DNA of 64,000 nucleotides, taken from NCBI GenBank assembly GCA_964420395.1, contig CAYQTJ010000002.1, positions 5,248-69,247 of the forward strand, read 5' to 3'. The notes beneath the pieces were generated by a model. The model did no database searches and was not told the DNA's origin. It worked only from the letters and a program-made list of their open reading frames with translations. Made by a program: the position numbers and the translations under genes. The DNA is from an uncultured Fibrobacteraceae bacterium (lineage in GTDB: Bacteria; Krumholzibacteriota; Krumholzibacteriia; LZORAL124-64-63). Shown here in pieces: positions 7,106-16,930 of this stretch (position 1 is its first letter; each line of letters begins with the position of its first letter).

Positions 7106-10051
7106 TCACTTCATGAGGCTCATCTTCCTCGTCTGGCGGAACGCGCCCGCCTCGATGCGGCACAGGTAGCTGCCCGAGGCCATGGCGCGGCCCGCGTCGT
7201 CGCGGCCGTCCCACTCGACCTCGTGGTTGCCGGCGGCCAGCTCGCCGCGGGCGAGCGTACGCACCAGCGAACCGTCAAGGGCGTAGATCGCCAGGCGGAC
7301 CGACGCGGTGACCGGCAGCGCGAAGGCGATCCTCGTCTTCGGATTGAACGGGTTGGGAACGTTCGGCGAGAGGCTGAAGGCCAGCGGCGTCGGCGTCTCG
7401 GCAGGCGGCGCAACGCTGGCGCGCAGGTCCTCGTTGCCGACGCTGCGGGCCTTGATCACGACGTCGGTCGGGACGACGCCCTCCGGCAGGGTCACCCGCA
7501 GGAGCTCGCCCGTGCATTCGATGCCGCTGTCGGTCCCGAGGACCGCGAGGCCGGCGTCGAGTCCGTGACTGTCGACATTCCGCACGAACAGCGGCCGACC
7601 CATCGCCGCCAGCGCGGCTCCCGGGGCGACCCGCGCGACGACGCCGTGAGGCAGCCTGGCCGACACGCTCAGGCCCTGCAGCGCGGGACAGGCCGCGTCG
7701 AGGCTGAGGCTCCAGGTCCGCGCGTCCACCCGGGCCCAGCTCAGGACCGGCTCGCCCGAGACGACCGGCGCCGACTTGCTCGGGCCGACCACGCCGTAGT
7801 TCATGGCGAAGATCATCAGATCCTCGAAGTCGACGCGACTGTCGGTCGTCGGCAGGCCGAAGCGGCCGGCGTCATCGGTCGGCCCGACGTCCGCGATGGC
7901 GCCGATCGTCCCCTCCGCCGGGCTGGTGCCGTAGTGGGAGCCCAGCATGGAGATGTCGGCGTTGTCCACCAGGCCGTCATAGAGGCCCGGAGTGTTGTCG
8001 CTGACGTCGCCCAGCCAGTAGTTGGTGGCGCGATCATTGCCGTCGGGCGCCGGCCCGCTGTAGTTCCCGGCGCTGTCCAGCGCGAACACCTCGACCGTGT
8101 AGATGCCGCGCGGCACCCACGGCACGGTGAAGGGGCGGGCGTCGACGCCCACCGTGTGCGTGGCTCCCAGAACCCAGATCCCGCCCGAGGACTGGGCCGC
8201 GGACCGGCTGGCCGGGCGCGACGCGGGATTGTACGCCGCCACGTCGTCGTACTCGGGATAGGCGGACACGCCCACCACGCCGGTCGTCCAAAGCCCCAGC
8301 CACACCTCGTGGGCCACGATGTCGCCGGACGTCGAGTCCGTCCAGTCGACCAGGAGCTTCTCGTGTCCCGGTGCGACCGTGATGCCGGAGACCGGTTCCG
8401 GCGCCACGCAGTCCACGGTCACCGATGCGTCATCGACGTCCGCGAAGATGGGCACGTTGTTCGGATCGCGCAGGCGGTAGCTGACGATTTCCATCGTCGC
8501 CGCTCCGCTGCTCGCCGGGTGGAAGGTGATCGAGAACAGGTCCTTGTCGGTGAGCAGGCCCGTCGTGGTGCCGAGAACGGAGCCGGAGATGGTCACGGTC
8601 CCGTCGCCGTTGTCGACGGCCATGAAGTAGGGAGTGCCCAGCCCGGGCACGCCCGAGAACGGGAGCAGATCCACGACGTCGCCGACCCCGAACGTCAGCT
8701 GGGCGGAGCAGCGGATGGTCATATCGTAGCCTCGCAGCCCGGGCGTGGCGTCGCCGCGCGCGTAGCTGAAGGTCACCGTCTCGGTGTCGGAGCAGTTGAT
8801 CGGGCCGGCATCGCCCAGGGACAGGTCCAGGCTCGCGCCCATCGCCAGCCAGGCGTCCGCCAGCGCGCTCGCATTTTCGGCGCCGACCTCAGGGTAGTGG
8901 CTGCCGTCGCCGTAGACCCAGGCGCCCGTGATGTCCTGGGTGGAGACGGACCAGGTCGCCGCCGAGCGCAGCGCGGCCATGGTCGTCGCGGAAGCCGGCA
9001 GGCTCTCGTACAGCGCCATCATGGCATAGGCGGTCGACTGCCAGTCACGATCATCGACCAGGTCCGTGGCCCCGTACTGATAGCTGAAGGCGCCGTCGGC
9101 GTACTGACATTCCAGCAGCAGGGTCTGCATCGCCGGCAACTCCGCGGTGTGGGTGCCGGAGGCCGCGAAGGCATCGATGATCCCCGCCACGCCAAGGGTG
9201 TAGTACCAGTAGGCCGGCGTGCTCCAGGTCGGATCGCTGCCCTGGTTGGCCCCGTCAGGATCGAAGTAGCCGGGGTTGCCGGCGAAGCTGTCCTGGTAGA
9301 TGACCTCGGCGATGGCCGCGGCCTCCACGTCGTGGCCGCCGGCGGGGAAGGCGGCGTGCATCAGCATGGCCGCCTTGACCCAGAGCGAAATGTCCCACGG
9401 GATCAGGCCCGGGTAGCCCTGCCGGGCGTTGCGGATCGCCTCGGCGAGGGCCTGCATCGAGCCGTAGTAGGTGATGTGGCGGTTCCAGATCGCCTGGGCG
9501 CCCGCCCTGTAGTACGCGGGATCGGGGCAGGACGGCAGGCTTGCGAAGCGCAGCAGGAAGACCACATCGGAGCCGGAGCGGATCACGGTGGGTCCGACGA
9601 CCACGATGTGATCGGCGGCGTCCTTCAGGGCGATGAACCGGGCCGGCTGAGGATCGAGGCTGTAGGCGCCCAGGATCCCCAGGGCGCTCACGCCATAGCA
9701 GTTGGGCGGGCTCGCTCCCGCGCTGTGCTGGAACGCCGTCGCCGACCAGTCCCAGCCGCCGTCATCGGGATCCGCGTCGGGAGCGAATCCGTTGCCGGCG
9801 TTGTCCTCCGTGACGTCGGCCTGCATCCTCACGAGGTAATCCGCCCCGGCGATCAGCGAAGCGTAGTAGTCCGTAGGGTCGCCGAAGGCCTTCTCCATGG
9901 CCGGAGGCGCCACGACGCGGGGCCCGCCCGGCAGACCGTCGAACGGCGTCGCGACCGGTCCCATGGCCAGCGCCGGCGCGGTCAGGCCCAGGAGAAGGAT
10001 CGCGATGATGGTCAGGCGTCTCGTGCGGTCGATGATCACGGTTCGTCTCAT
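7106..10051 (-). CDS. Large secreted protein (981 aa) with QW/prenyltransferase-like alpha-alpha-toroid repeats, a cohesin-like Ig domain and a C-terminal T9SS sorting domain
   Basis: The internal ATG at 10051 (MRRTVIIDRTRRLTIIAILLLGLTAPALA) gives a clean signal peptide with an RBS upstream. The track ORF continues another 900 codons upstream with low-complexity R/G/P-rich translation and is judged spurious. QW-like motifs are present (DPDDGGWDWS, QYADGAFSYQ). The C-terminus LSPNVPNPFNPKTRIAFALP...IYALDGSLVRTL..GNHEVEWDGRDDAGRAMASGSYLCRI is a typical T9SS / FlgD-Ig tail. Confidence 0.75.
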   Translation of the reverse strand: MRRTVIIDRTRRLTIIAILLLGLTAPALAMGPVATPFDGLPGGPRVVAPPAMEKAFGDPTDYYASLIAGADYLVRMQADVTEDNAGNGFAPDADPDDGGWDWSATAFQHSAGASPPNCYGVSALGILGAYSLDPQPARFIALKDAADHIVVVGPTVIRSGSDVVFLLRFASLPSCPDPAYYRAGAQAIWNRHITYYGSMQALAEAIRNARQGYPGLIPWDISLWVKAAMLMHAAFPAGGHDVEAAAIAEVIYQDSFAGNPGYFDPDGANQGSDPTWSTPAYWYYTLGVAGIIDAFAASGTHTAELPAMQTLLLECQYADGAFSYQYGATDLVDDRDWQSTAYAMMALYESLPASATTMAALRSAATWSVSTQDITGAWVYGDGSHYPEVGAENASALADAWLAMGASLDLSLGDAGPINCSDTETVTFSYARGDATPGLRGYDMTIRCSAQLTFGVGDVVDLLPFSGVPGLGTPYFMAVDNGDGTVTISGSVLGTTTGLLTDKDLFSITFHPASSGAATMEIVSYRLRDPNNVPIFADVDDASVTVDCVAPEPVSGITVAPGHEKLLVDWTDSTSGDIVAHEVWLGLWTTGVVGVSAYPEYDDVAAYNPASRPASRSAAQSSGGIWVLGATHTVGVDARPFTVPWVPRGIYTVEVFALDSAGNYSGPAPDGNDRATNYWLGDVSDNTPGLYDGLVDNADISMLGSHYGTSPAEGTIGAIADVGPTDDAGRFGLPTTDSRVDFEDLMIFAMNYGVVGPSKSAPVVSGEPVLSWARVDARTWSLSLDAACPALQGLSVSARLPHGVVARVAPGAALAAMGRPLFVRNVDSHGLDAGLAVLGTDSGIECTGELLRVTLPEGVVPTDVVIKARSVGNEDLRASVAPPAETPTPLAFSLSPNVPNPFNPKTRIAFALPVTASVRLAIYALDGSLVRTLARGELAAGNHEVEWDGRDDAGRAMASGSYLCRIEAGAFRQTRKMSLMK

Positions 10052-10525
10052 GTTCGCCCCCCTTGTTCGGTCATTCACGGACGGTCTTCGCCAACCTGCC
10101 GCGTGGCCGAGCCGTCGCGGAGGTCGGTCGGCTCCCCCCTGCCTCGAAGCGCGGAAAAGCGAATGCTCGGAAAGGCGGCAGCACGGCCGCTCCTTCGCGT
10201 GGTCGGGCCGGATCGACAAGGGCCCGTCGATTGTCGGGTGGGCGAGAGGATTCGTGGGCGAGAGAACGGGTGGGCGAAGCGCTATCATCCCACGACGAAA
10301 GCCGGCTGTCAATGACCCGCCGGCCTCGGGTGACGCGGCGATCCGGCGCCCCCCGCGGTCGCGGCAGGGGCCTTGTCCGGCCCCGCTCCCATCGTCTATA
10401 ATGAGCGGACTCGCCCACCCGGAATCGCCCCCGGTCCGCACGTCACGGCCAGGTCGTCCAGATTCTGCATCCGCCGTCCGGCGCGCCGCGCGCGGTTCGG
10501 GGCAGGCGGAGCGGGGGAGGTTCCC

Positions 10526-11089
10526 ATGACGAGCCACGGGACGCGACTCCATGGCGGGTCGCTGGCCGCCGCGGTGGCGCTGGTGGGATTTCTGACCGTC
10601 GCCGGCCCGGCGCCGGCCGCCACCAATCTCCTGTACGTCGCCCCCCCGACGAGCACGCCGACCGACTCCCCGTTCACCGTCGCCGTCGTCCGCAATGCCG
10701 GCGATGCGGTGCAGGGCTTCGATGTCAGGATCGCGTACGACCCGGAGGTCGTGGGGCTCGACGCCATCACGCCGGGAGACTGGCTGCTCGCGTCCGGCCA
10801 CCCGTTCGTCCTCTACGACGCGACGATCGCCGGGCAGGACACGATCCGTTTCTCGGCGGCGTTCCTCGGTCTCGGGCGGACGTCCGCCGCCGCCGGGACG
10901 GTGGTGCTCCTGCACTTCCGGGCCCTCTCCCTGGGGGTTTCGCCGCTGGACTTCGCGCCGGTGATCGCGCGCGACGCCGACAACGCCGCGGTGGCCTTCG
11001 AGCACTCGGTCGGCGATCTCATCGTCATCGACCAGGTCATCGCGGTCCGACGCTCCTCGCTCGGCAGCGTCAAGGGGCTCTACCGCTGA
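10526..11089 (+). CDS. Cohesin-domain secreted protein
   Basis: The ATG at 10526 follows GGGGGAGG. Signal peptide MTSHGTRLHGGSLAAAVALVGFLTVAGPAPAAT. FTVAVVRNAGDAVQGFDVRIAYDPEVVGLDAITPGDWL...VVLLHFRALSLGVSPLDF is a cohesin-like type-I fold signature. The upstream 50 codons of the track ORF are low-complexity. Confidence 0.65.
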   Translation: MTSHGTRLHGGSLAAAVALVGFLTVAGPAPAATNLLYVAPPTSTPTDSPFTVAVVRNAGDAVQGFDVRIAYDPEVVGLDAITPGDWLLASGHPFVLYDATIAGQDTIRFSAAFLGLGRTSAAAGTVVLLHFRALSLGVSPLDFAPVIARDADNAAVAFEHSVGDLIVIDQVIAVRRSSLGSVKGLYR

Positions 11090-11179
11090 CCTGCGAAGTT
11101 CCTCCCCGGTCCCGTCACTGCCGCATGGTTGCCGACCCTCGCGCGGCGGGCTACACTGCGCCCGGACAGGGAGGATCCC

Positions 11180-12952
11180 ATGAAAGCCGTGCTGATGCTG
11201 GGCCTGGCGGCGCTGTGCGTCGGGGTGACGTCGTGCCGCGACGGCCGCGACGAGGACGCCCGGTTCGTCGCGCTCGCCAACCGCTGCCTCGACTCCTGGC
11301 GGGCGCTCGACCCCGAGTGGGCCACCGGCCTGGGCGACCACCGCTTCGACACGCAGCTCACCGACCGCAGCCTGGCGGGGGTGGAGCGCCGCGCGGCGTT
11401 CGCCCGCGCCTGTCTCGACTCGCTCGGCGCGCTCGACGAGACGAAGCTCCGGGCCGACAACCGCATCGACCGTCGCATCCTGATGAACAACCTCGAGTCG
11501 GCCGTCTACGCCGTCGAGACGCTGCGCGAGCACGTCTGGAACCCCCTGTTCTACGGCCCGGGCGGGGCGCTCTACGCGCTCGTGGCGCGCGACTTCGCGC
11601 CGCTGCCCGCGCGGCTGCGCGCCCTGAAGGCGCGCCTCGAGGCGTTGCCGGCGGTGACGGCGGCGGCGCGGGCCAATCTCGCCCATCCGCCCCGCATCCA
11701 CGTCGAGACGGCGATCCTCCAGAACGACGGCCTCATCGGACTCGTCCGCAACGAGCTCGAGCCGTTCCTCGAGCAGGCGCCGGCGCTGCGCGACGAGCTG
11801 GCCCCGGCGAGGGCCGCGGCGATCGCCGAGCTGGAGGCCCACGGACGCTGGCTGCGCGACGAGCTGCTGCCGCGCGCCGACGGCGACTTCCGGCTCGGCG
11901 CCGAGCGGTTCGGTCGCAAGCTGGCCTACGCCCTCGAGTCGGACCTCACGCCCGCGCAGATCCTGGAGAGCGCCAAGCGCGACCTCGACGCCACGCAGCG
12001 GGAGATGATCGACCTGGCGCGCACCCTGCACGCCGGGCAGTTCCCCGACTCCGCCCGCGGGGGCGCGCCCGCCGATCGGGAGCTGGTGCGCGCGGTGCTG
12101 GACAGCCTGGCCGGGGAGCGCCCGTCCAACGAGACCATCGTGGCGAGAGCCGAGGCGGATCTGGCCGCCTGCGCGGCGTTCGTGCGCGAGCACGAGCTGA
12201 TGACCGTGCCCGACGAGCCGATCCGCGTGATCGTCATGCCGGAATACCAGCGCGGCGTCGCGGTGGCCTACTGCGACGCCTCGGGCCCCCTGGAGGAGAG
12301 GCAGCAGACGTTTTACTCGATCTCGCCCACGCCGTCCGAATGGACGCCCGGCCAGGCGGAGTCGTTCTACCGCGAGTACAACGACCACATGCTGCAGATC
12401 CTGACGATCCACGAGGCGATGCCGGGCCACTACCTGCAGGGCATGCACGCCAACCGGTTCCGTGCCCCGACGCTCACCCGCGCGATCTTCGCCAACGGCC
12501 CGTTCGTCGAGGGGTGGGCCACCTACGCGGAGCAGCTCATGACGGGCGCGGGGTACGGCGGCCCCGCCGTGCGGATGCAGCAGCTCAAGATGCGGCTGCG
12601 CATGATCATCAATGTCATGCTGGACCAGGGGATCCACCTGTATGGCATGAGCGAGCAGCAGGCGATGGACCTGATGATGAACGAGGGATTCCAGGAAGAG
12701 GGGGAGGCGGCCGGCAAGTGGCGTCGCGCCTGCCTCACCGCGACGCAGCTTTCGACCTACTACGTGGGGAACCTCGAATTGAACCGCCTGCGCAACGATT
12801 ACGCCACGCGCCACGGCGGCCTGCACTTCGGGCAGACGCGGGTCTTCCACGACCGGCTGCTCTCCTTCGGCGCGCCGGCGCCGAAGTACATGTCGGAGTT
12901 GATGGGCTTGGGACCTCCGGGGCCATGGCGGCCGGGAAGGCGGTGGACATGA
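11180..12952 (+). CDS. DUF885 family lipoprotein (putative metallopeptidase-like)
   Basis: MKAVLMLGLAALCVGVTSCRDG is a lipoprotein signal with a lipobox (TSC). The body (...RILMNNLE...IHEAMPGHYLQ...) is typical of DUF885. RBS GGGAGGA. Confidence 0.8.
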   Translation: MKAVLMLGLAALCVGVTSCRDGRDEDARFVALANRCLDSWRALDPEWATGLGDHRFDTQLTDRSLAGVERRAAFARACLDSLGALDETKLRADNRIDRRILMNNLESAVYAVETLREHVWNPLFYGPGGALYALVARDFAPLPARLRALKARLEALPAVTAAARANLAHPPRIHVETAILQNDGLIGLVRNELEPFLEQAPALRDELAPARAAAIAELEAHGRWLRDELLPRADGDFRLGAERFGRKLAYALESDLTPAQILESAKRDLDATQREMIDLARTLHAGQFPDSARGGAPADRELVRAVLDSLAGERPSNETIVARAEADLAACAAFVREHELMTVPDEPIRVIVMPEYQRGVAVAYCDASGPLEERQQTFYSISPTPSEWTPGQAESFYREYNDHMLQILTIHEAMPGHYLQGMHANRFRAPTLTRAIFANGPFVEGWATYAEQLMTGAGYGGPAVRMQQLKMRLRMIINVMLDQGIHLYGMSEQQAMDLMMNEGFQEEGEAAGKWRRACLTATQLSTYYVGNLELNRLRNDYATRHGGLHFGQTRVFHDRLLSFGAPAPKYMSELMGLGPPGPWRPGRRWT

Positions 12953-13422
12953 AGGGTGACAAGAAGGTATTGGCCACGCTCAACAAGTTGCTGGCCGACG
13001 AACTGACGGCGATCAACCAGTACATGGTGCACTCGGAGATGTGCGCGAACTGGAACTACGATCGCCTGCACCAGCGCCTCGAGAAGCGCGCCATCGACGA
13101 GATGAAGCACGCCGAGAAGCTGATCGGGCGCATCCTCTTCCTCGAGGGGGTGCCGGTGGTGAGCAGGCTCAACCCGATTCACATCGGGGCCGACGTGCAT
13201 CGCCAGTTCGTGGCGGACGCGAAGGCGGAGCAGGGGGCGATCGGGATGTACAACGCGGCCATAGCCGAGGCCGGCGCCGCGGGCGACAACGGCACGCGCG
13301 AGATGCTGGAGGACATCCTCAAGGACGAAGAGGAGCACATCGACTGGCTCGAGGCACAGATCGACCAGATCGGCCAGATGAAGATCGAGAACTACCTGGC
13401 CGAGCAGGTCCGCGGCGCCTGA
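12949..13422 (+). CDS. bfr: Bacterioferritin
   Basis: MKGDKKVLATLNKLLADELTAINQYMVHSEMCANWNY...EMKHAEKLIGRILFLEG is the canonical Bfr fold, with the Met heme ligand and di-iron ligands. The ATG overlaps the DUF885 stop as ATGA, and GGGAAGG lies 8 nt upstream. Confidence 0.85.
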   Translation: MKGDKKVLATLNKLLADELTAINQYMVHSEMCANWNYDRLHQRLEKRAIDEMKHAEKLIGRILFLEGVPVVSRLNPIHIGADVHRQFVADAKAEQGAIGMYNAAIAEAGAAGDNGTREMLEDILKDEEEHIDWLEAQIDQIGQMKIENYLAEQVRGA

Positions 13423-13424
13423 GC

Positions 13425-14406
13425 TCAGGCTTTTCGGCGGGGAGCGCGGGGGCGCGGCGCGGTCGGGCGGCGCGCCCTCTGGCTGCGTGGCGCGGGCTGG
13501 CAGCGGGGGCAGAAGTGGCTCGATCGCCCCGCCACCACCAGGCGCGCCAGCGTGCCGCCGCAGTCGCGGCACGGCTCGCCGTCGCGCTGGTACACCCGCA
13601 GCCTGCGGCGGAAGTTGCCGGGCTGCCCGCGGAAGTCGACGAAGTTGAGGTAGGTCGTGCCGCCGTGGCGGATGGCGAGGCGCATGACCGCGCGCGCCGC
13701 GTCGAAGACCCGCCTGAGCTCGGCGCCGCTCAGCCCGGCGGCCGGCGCGAGCGGGTGGACGCGCGCCCGGAACAGCGCCTCGTCGGCGTAGATGTTGCCG
13801 ATCCCCGCCGCCACCCCCTGGTCGAGCAGCACCGCCTTGATCGGCGCGCGGCGCCCCGCCAGCCGCTCCCGCCAGGCGGCGAAGCCGATCTCCAGCATGT
13901 CCGGCCCGACGTGCGCCGGCGCGACGGCGAACGTCCCGTCCGCGTCCGCCTCCACCAGCGTGAGCCGCCCGAACCGGCGAATGTCGCGGTAGTAGACCGG
14001 CAGGCCGTCGAAGTCGAGGACGAGGTGTGTGTGTTTGTCCGGACGGTAGTCCGGGTCCACGAAGATCTGCCCCGTCATGCGCAGGTGCAGTCTGACAGCG
14101 CGGCGACAGCCGCGCTCAATTGTAACCGAGTGATCCGCAGTACCCCTCCCCGTGGCATCCGCGTATTCCCGCCCTTGCTCCCCGCATCTTCCCCCGCCCC
14201 CGCCCCCCTCCCCAAACACCAGCAGCAAATACTTCCCCTGCCGCCGCACCCCCACCAGCACCGATCCCACGACCGCCTCTTCGATCGCCTTCGCCCCCGG
14301 CTCCAGAATCCCCGGGAACCGTACGTCCATCCCGCCCAGCCGCCGGCCCACCAGGCACTCCCTCAGGGCCAGCGCGACGTTCTCCACCTCCGGCAGCTCG
14401 GGCATC
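13425..14406 (-). CDS. mutM: Formamidopyrimidine-DNA glycosylase (Fpg/MutM) carrying a Gly-rich insertion and a C-terminal basic extension
   Basis: MPELPEVE... gives the N-terminal catalytic Pro2 and Glu3; the H2TH region and zinc finger CPRC are present. A ~30-aa insertion (GEGGGGGGRCGEQGREYADATGRG) interrupts the N-terminal domain. Confidence 0.8.
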
Positions 14407-15250
14407 AGAATCCGCGCTCCCTGCGCAGCTGCGCGTAGGCGTCGTTGATCGCCTGCATCTTCTCGCCCGCGTACTTCGCGAAGTCCTCGGAGAGCCCGCG
14501 CGATGCGAGCGTGTCGGGGTGGTACTCCTTGGCGAGACGGCGATAGCTGCGCTTGATCTCGTCGTCGGTGGCGCCGCGGTCGACCTCGAGCAGCGAGTAC
14601 GCGGCGCCGATGTCGGTGCGGGCGAACAGCGCGCGCGCCTCTTCGTAATCGCGCGGCGCGAGGCCGAGCTGCCCGGCGATCTCGCGCAGCAGCGCCTCCT
14701 CCGACGCCTCGCAGCGCCCGTCGGCCCAGGCGATCCTCATGAGCAGGGCGAGCAGGTCGCGCAGGCGGTCGGGGCGATGCCCGAACAGGGCGCGGATCTG
14801 CGCGGTGTAGGCGGCCGTGGGGGTGGCGGCGTCGCGCGCGTTGTTGAAGACGCGCGCGGCGATGCGCCGCTCCTCGGCCGTCATGCGGAGGTCGCGCGCG
14901 AGGAACTCGTCGAAGACGCGGATCTCCGGCTCCGAGACCTGGCCGTCCGCCTTGGCCACGCGCGCCGCGAGGCTGATGAGCGCGAGCATGAACGCGGTCT
15001 GCGCCGTGCCCTGGTCGAGCGGATCGCCGGTACGGGCGCGCAGGTCGGCCCCGCAGCGGCCGCAGGCGAGCGGGCGCCCCTCCTCGATGGCCACCGGCGC
15101 CCCGCACCGCGGACAGCGCCCGTACAGCCGCGCGCGCGGCGGCACGCCGAGCTGTTCCGGCGTCGGATCCTCCACCCGCGACCCGATCGCGCCGCCGAGC
15201 AGCGCCCCGAGCGGCCCGCCGAGGACGAACCCGATCGTCCCCCCGATCAT
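14405..15250 (-). CDS. djlA: DjlA-like co-chaperone: N-terminal glycine-zipper TM, zinc-ribbon insert, TerB-like domain, C-terminal J domain
   Basis: MIGGTIGFVLGGPLGALLGGAIG (TM), then CPRCGAPV...CGRCGADL (zinc ribbon), then a TerB-like central region (FMLALISLAARVAKADGQVSEPE...), then the J domain YSLLEVDRGATDDEIKRSYRRLAKEYHPDT. An alternative GTG start lies about 20 nt upstream. The stop overlaps the fpg start as ATGA. Confidence 0.75.
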   Translation of the reverse strand: MIGGTIGFVLGGPLGALLGGAIGSRVEDPTPEQLGVPPRARLYGRCPRCGAPVAIEEGRPLACGRCGADLRARTGDPLDQGTAQTAFMLALISLAARVAKADGQVSEPEIRVFDEFLARDLRMTAEERRIAARVFNNARDAATPTAAYTAQIRALFGHRPDRLRDLLALLMRIAWADGRCEASEEALLREIAGQLGLAPRDYEEARALFARTDIGAAYSLLEVDRGATDDEIKRSYRRLAKEYHPDTLASRGLSEDFAKYAGEKMQAINDAYAQLRRERGF

Positions 15251-15467
15251 CGTGCCCAGGATTCCCACGCCCCGCTCCCCGCTCGCGGCCGGCCCGGCCG
15301 CGCAAGACGCTGAAAGATAGCCGCGCGCCCGCCTCCGGGCCAATCGCGACCGGCCCGCTACACCGCGCGGTCGCCGGCTATTGCCTGGATTCGGCAATCG
15401 CCTACCATGACAGGACTTCCGCGCGAGCCGCCCGCGCCGCGCGCCTTCCGGGAGGGGGTCGGGCCGC

Positions 15468-16082
15468 ATGGACGTCGAAACCGCGATCCGCAGCCGCCGG
15501 TCGATCAAGCTGTTCGACCCGTCGCACCGCATCGACGAGCGCGAAACGGCGCGGCTGATCGAGCTGGCGGCGCTCTCCCCGACCGCCTTCAACCTCCAGC
15601 ACTGGCGGTTCGTCGTGGTGCGGGATCCGCTGGTGCGCTTCCAGTTGCGCCAGGTCGCCTACGGCCAGTCCCAGGTCACCGACGCCGCCCTGCTGATCGC
15701 CGTCTGCGCCGACGTCAAGGCGTGGGACAGGGACCCGGAGCGGTGCTGGCGCAATGCCGATCCCCAGGAGCGCGACCGCATGGTGACCGCGATCCGCCGC
15801 TTCTACGCCCCCGACCCCCAGCTCCAGCGCGACGAGGCGATGCGCTCCTGCGCCCTCGCCGCCCAGACCCTCATGCTCGCCGCGACGGCGCTCGGCCACG
15901 GCACCTGCCCCATGGACGGCTTCGACTTCGGGGCGGTGGCGCGCATCCTCGAGCTGCCGCCCGACCACCTCGTGAGCATGTTCGTGGCGATCGGACGTCC
16001 GCTCGAGCCGGCCGGTCCGCGGCCCGGCCCGATCCCGGCGGCGGAGCTGACGTCTCTGGACCGCTTCGCCGGCAGGGGCTGA
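15468..16082 (+). CDS. Nitroreductase family protein
   Basis: AIRSRRSIKLFD...LELAALSPTAFNLQHWRFVVVRD... is the classical NfsB/FRase-I-like fold signature. Confidence 0.8.
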   Translation: MDVETAIRSRRSIKLFDPSHRIDERETARLIELAALSPTAFNLQHWRFVVVRDPLVRFQLRQVAYGQSQVTDAALLIAVCADVKAWDRDPERCWRNADPQERDRMVTAIRRFYAPDPQLQRDEAMRSCALAAQTLMLAATALGHGTCPMDGFDFGAVARILELPPDHLVSMFVAIGRPLEPAGPRPGPIPAAELTSLDRFAGRG

Positions 16083-16137
16083 GCCGCGCGGCCGCGAATC
16101 CGGACCGCGGCCCGCCGGTCCGTGCTATCCTGTCCCC

Positions 16138-16890
16138 ATGAAGCGCCTGCTCATGCTTCTCCTGTGCTCGATCCCGAGTCCGGAGCCGGCCATGACCGAG
16201 CGTTCCCTGCCTCCGCACGCCGAGCGCGCCGCCGAGCGCGCCGCCGACCGCCGCGCAATGGTCGAGGTGATCGCCCGCCACGACCGCTTCGACGCCGCCA
16301 GGGCGGGCCGCCCCGAGCTGTCCCCGGCCGTGCTGGCGGCCATGACCCGCACCCCCCGCCACCTCTTCGTCCCCGCCGACCTGCAGTTCGAGGCCTACGC
16401 CGACCGCCCCCTGCCGATCGGCCACGGCCAGACGATCAGCCAGCCGTACATCGTCGCCCTGATGACCGGACTGCTGGCGGTGTCGCCCGGCGACACGGTG
16501 CTGGAGGTGGGCACCGGCTCGGGCTACCAGGCCGCGGTGCTGGCGGAGATGGGCGTGACGGTGCACAGCATCGAGATCGTGGTGCCGCTGGCCCGGCGCG
16601 CCCGCCGCGACCTGGCCGCCGCCGGCTACGCCGACCGCGTCACCGTGCACGAGGGCGACGGCTACGCCGGCCTGCCCGATCTGGCGCCGTTCGCCGGCGT
16701 GATCGTCACCGCGGCGCCCGACCACGTGCCCCCCCCGCTGATCGAGCAGCTGAAGCCGGGCGGCCGCCTGGTGATCCCGGTGGGGCCGGCCGGGCACGAC
16801 CAGGAACTGCTGGTCGTGGTGAAGGGGAAGGACGGCGTGGTGCGCAGCGAGCGGGTGTTGGGGGTGCGGTTCGTGCCGTTGACGCGCTGA
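16138..16890 (+). CDS. pcm: Protein-L-isoaspartate O-methyltransferase
   Basis: GHGQTISQPYIVALMT...VLEVGTGSGYQAAVLA...VHSIE...LKPGGRLVIPVG. The SAM-binding motifs are intact. The true start may be at an internal Met (16192). Confidence 0.85.
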   Translation: MKRLLMLLLCSIPSPEPAMTERSLPPHAERAAERAADRRAMVEVIARHDRFDAARAGRPELSPAVLAAMTRTPRHLFVPADLQFEAYADRPLPIGHGQTISQPYIVALMTGLLAVSPGDTVLEVGTGSGYQAAVLAEMGVTVHSIEIVVPLARRARRDLAAAGYADRVTVHEGDGYAGLPDLAPFAGVIVTAAPDHVPPPLIEQLKPGGRLVIPVGPAGHDQELLVVVKGKDGVVRSERVLGVRFVPLTR

Positions 16891-16930
16891 CCCGCCGGCC
16901 GTCCCGCGGGGCCGGCGCGCGCGGGCCGGT

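Noticed and set aside
6812-10315. 1167-aa plus-strand ORF
   Set aside because: This is the antisense of the large T9SS protein gene. The translation is Arg/Gly/Ala/Val-rich low-complexity with no domain signature.
7106-12850. 1914-aa minus-strand ORF in the track
   Set aside because: Only the distal 981 codons (7106..10051) encode a sensible protein with a signal peptide and RBS at the internal ATG. The upstream ~930 codons are R/G/P/A low-complexity typical of off-frame translation of GC-rich DNA. They overlap the convincing plus-strand cohesin and DUF885 genes.
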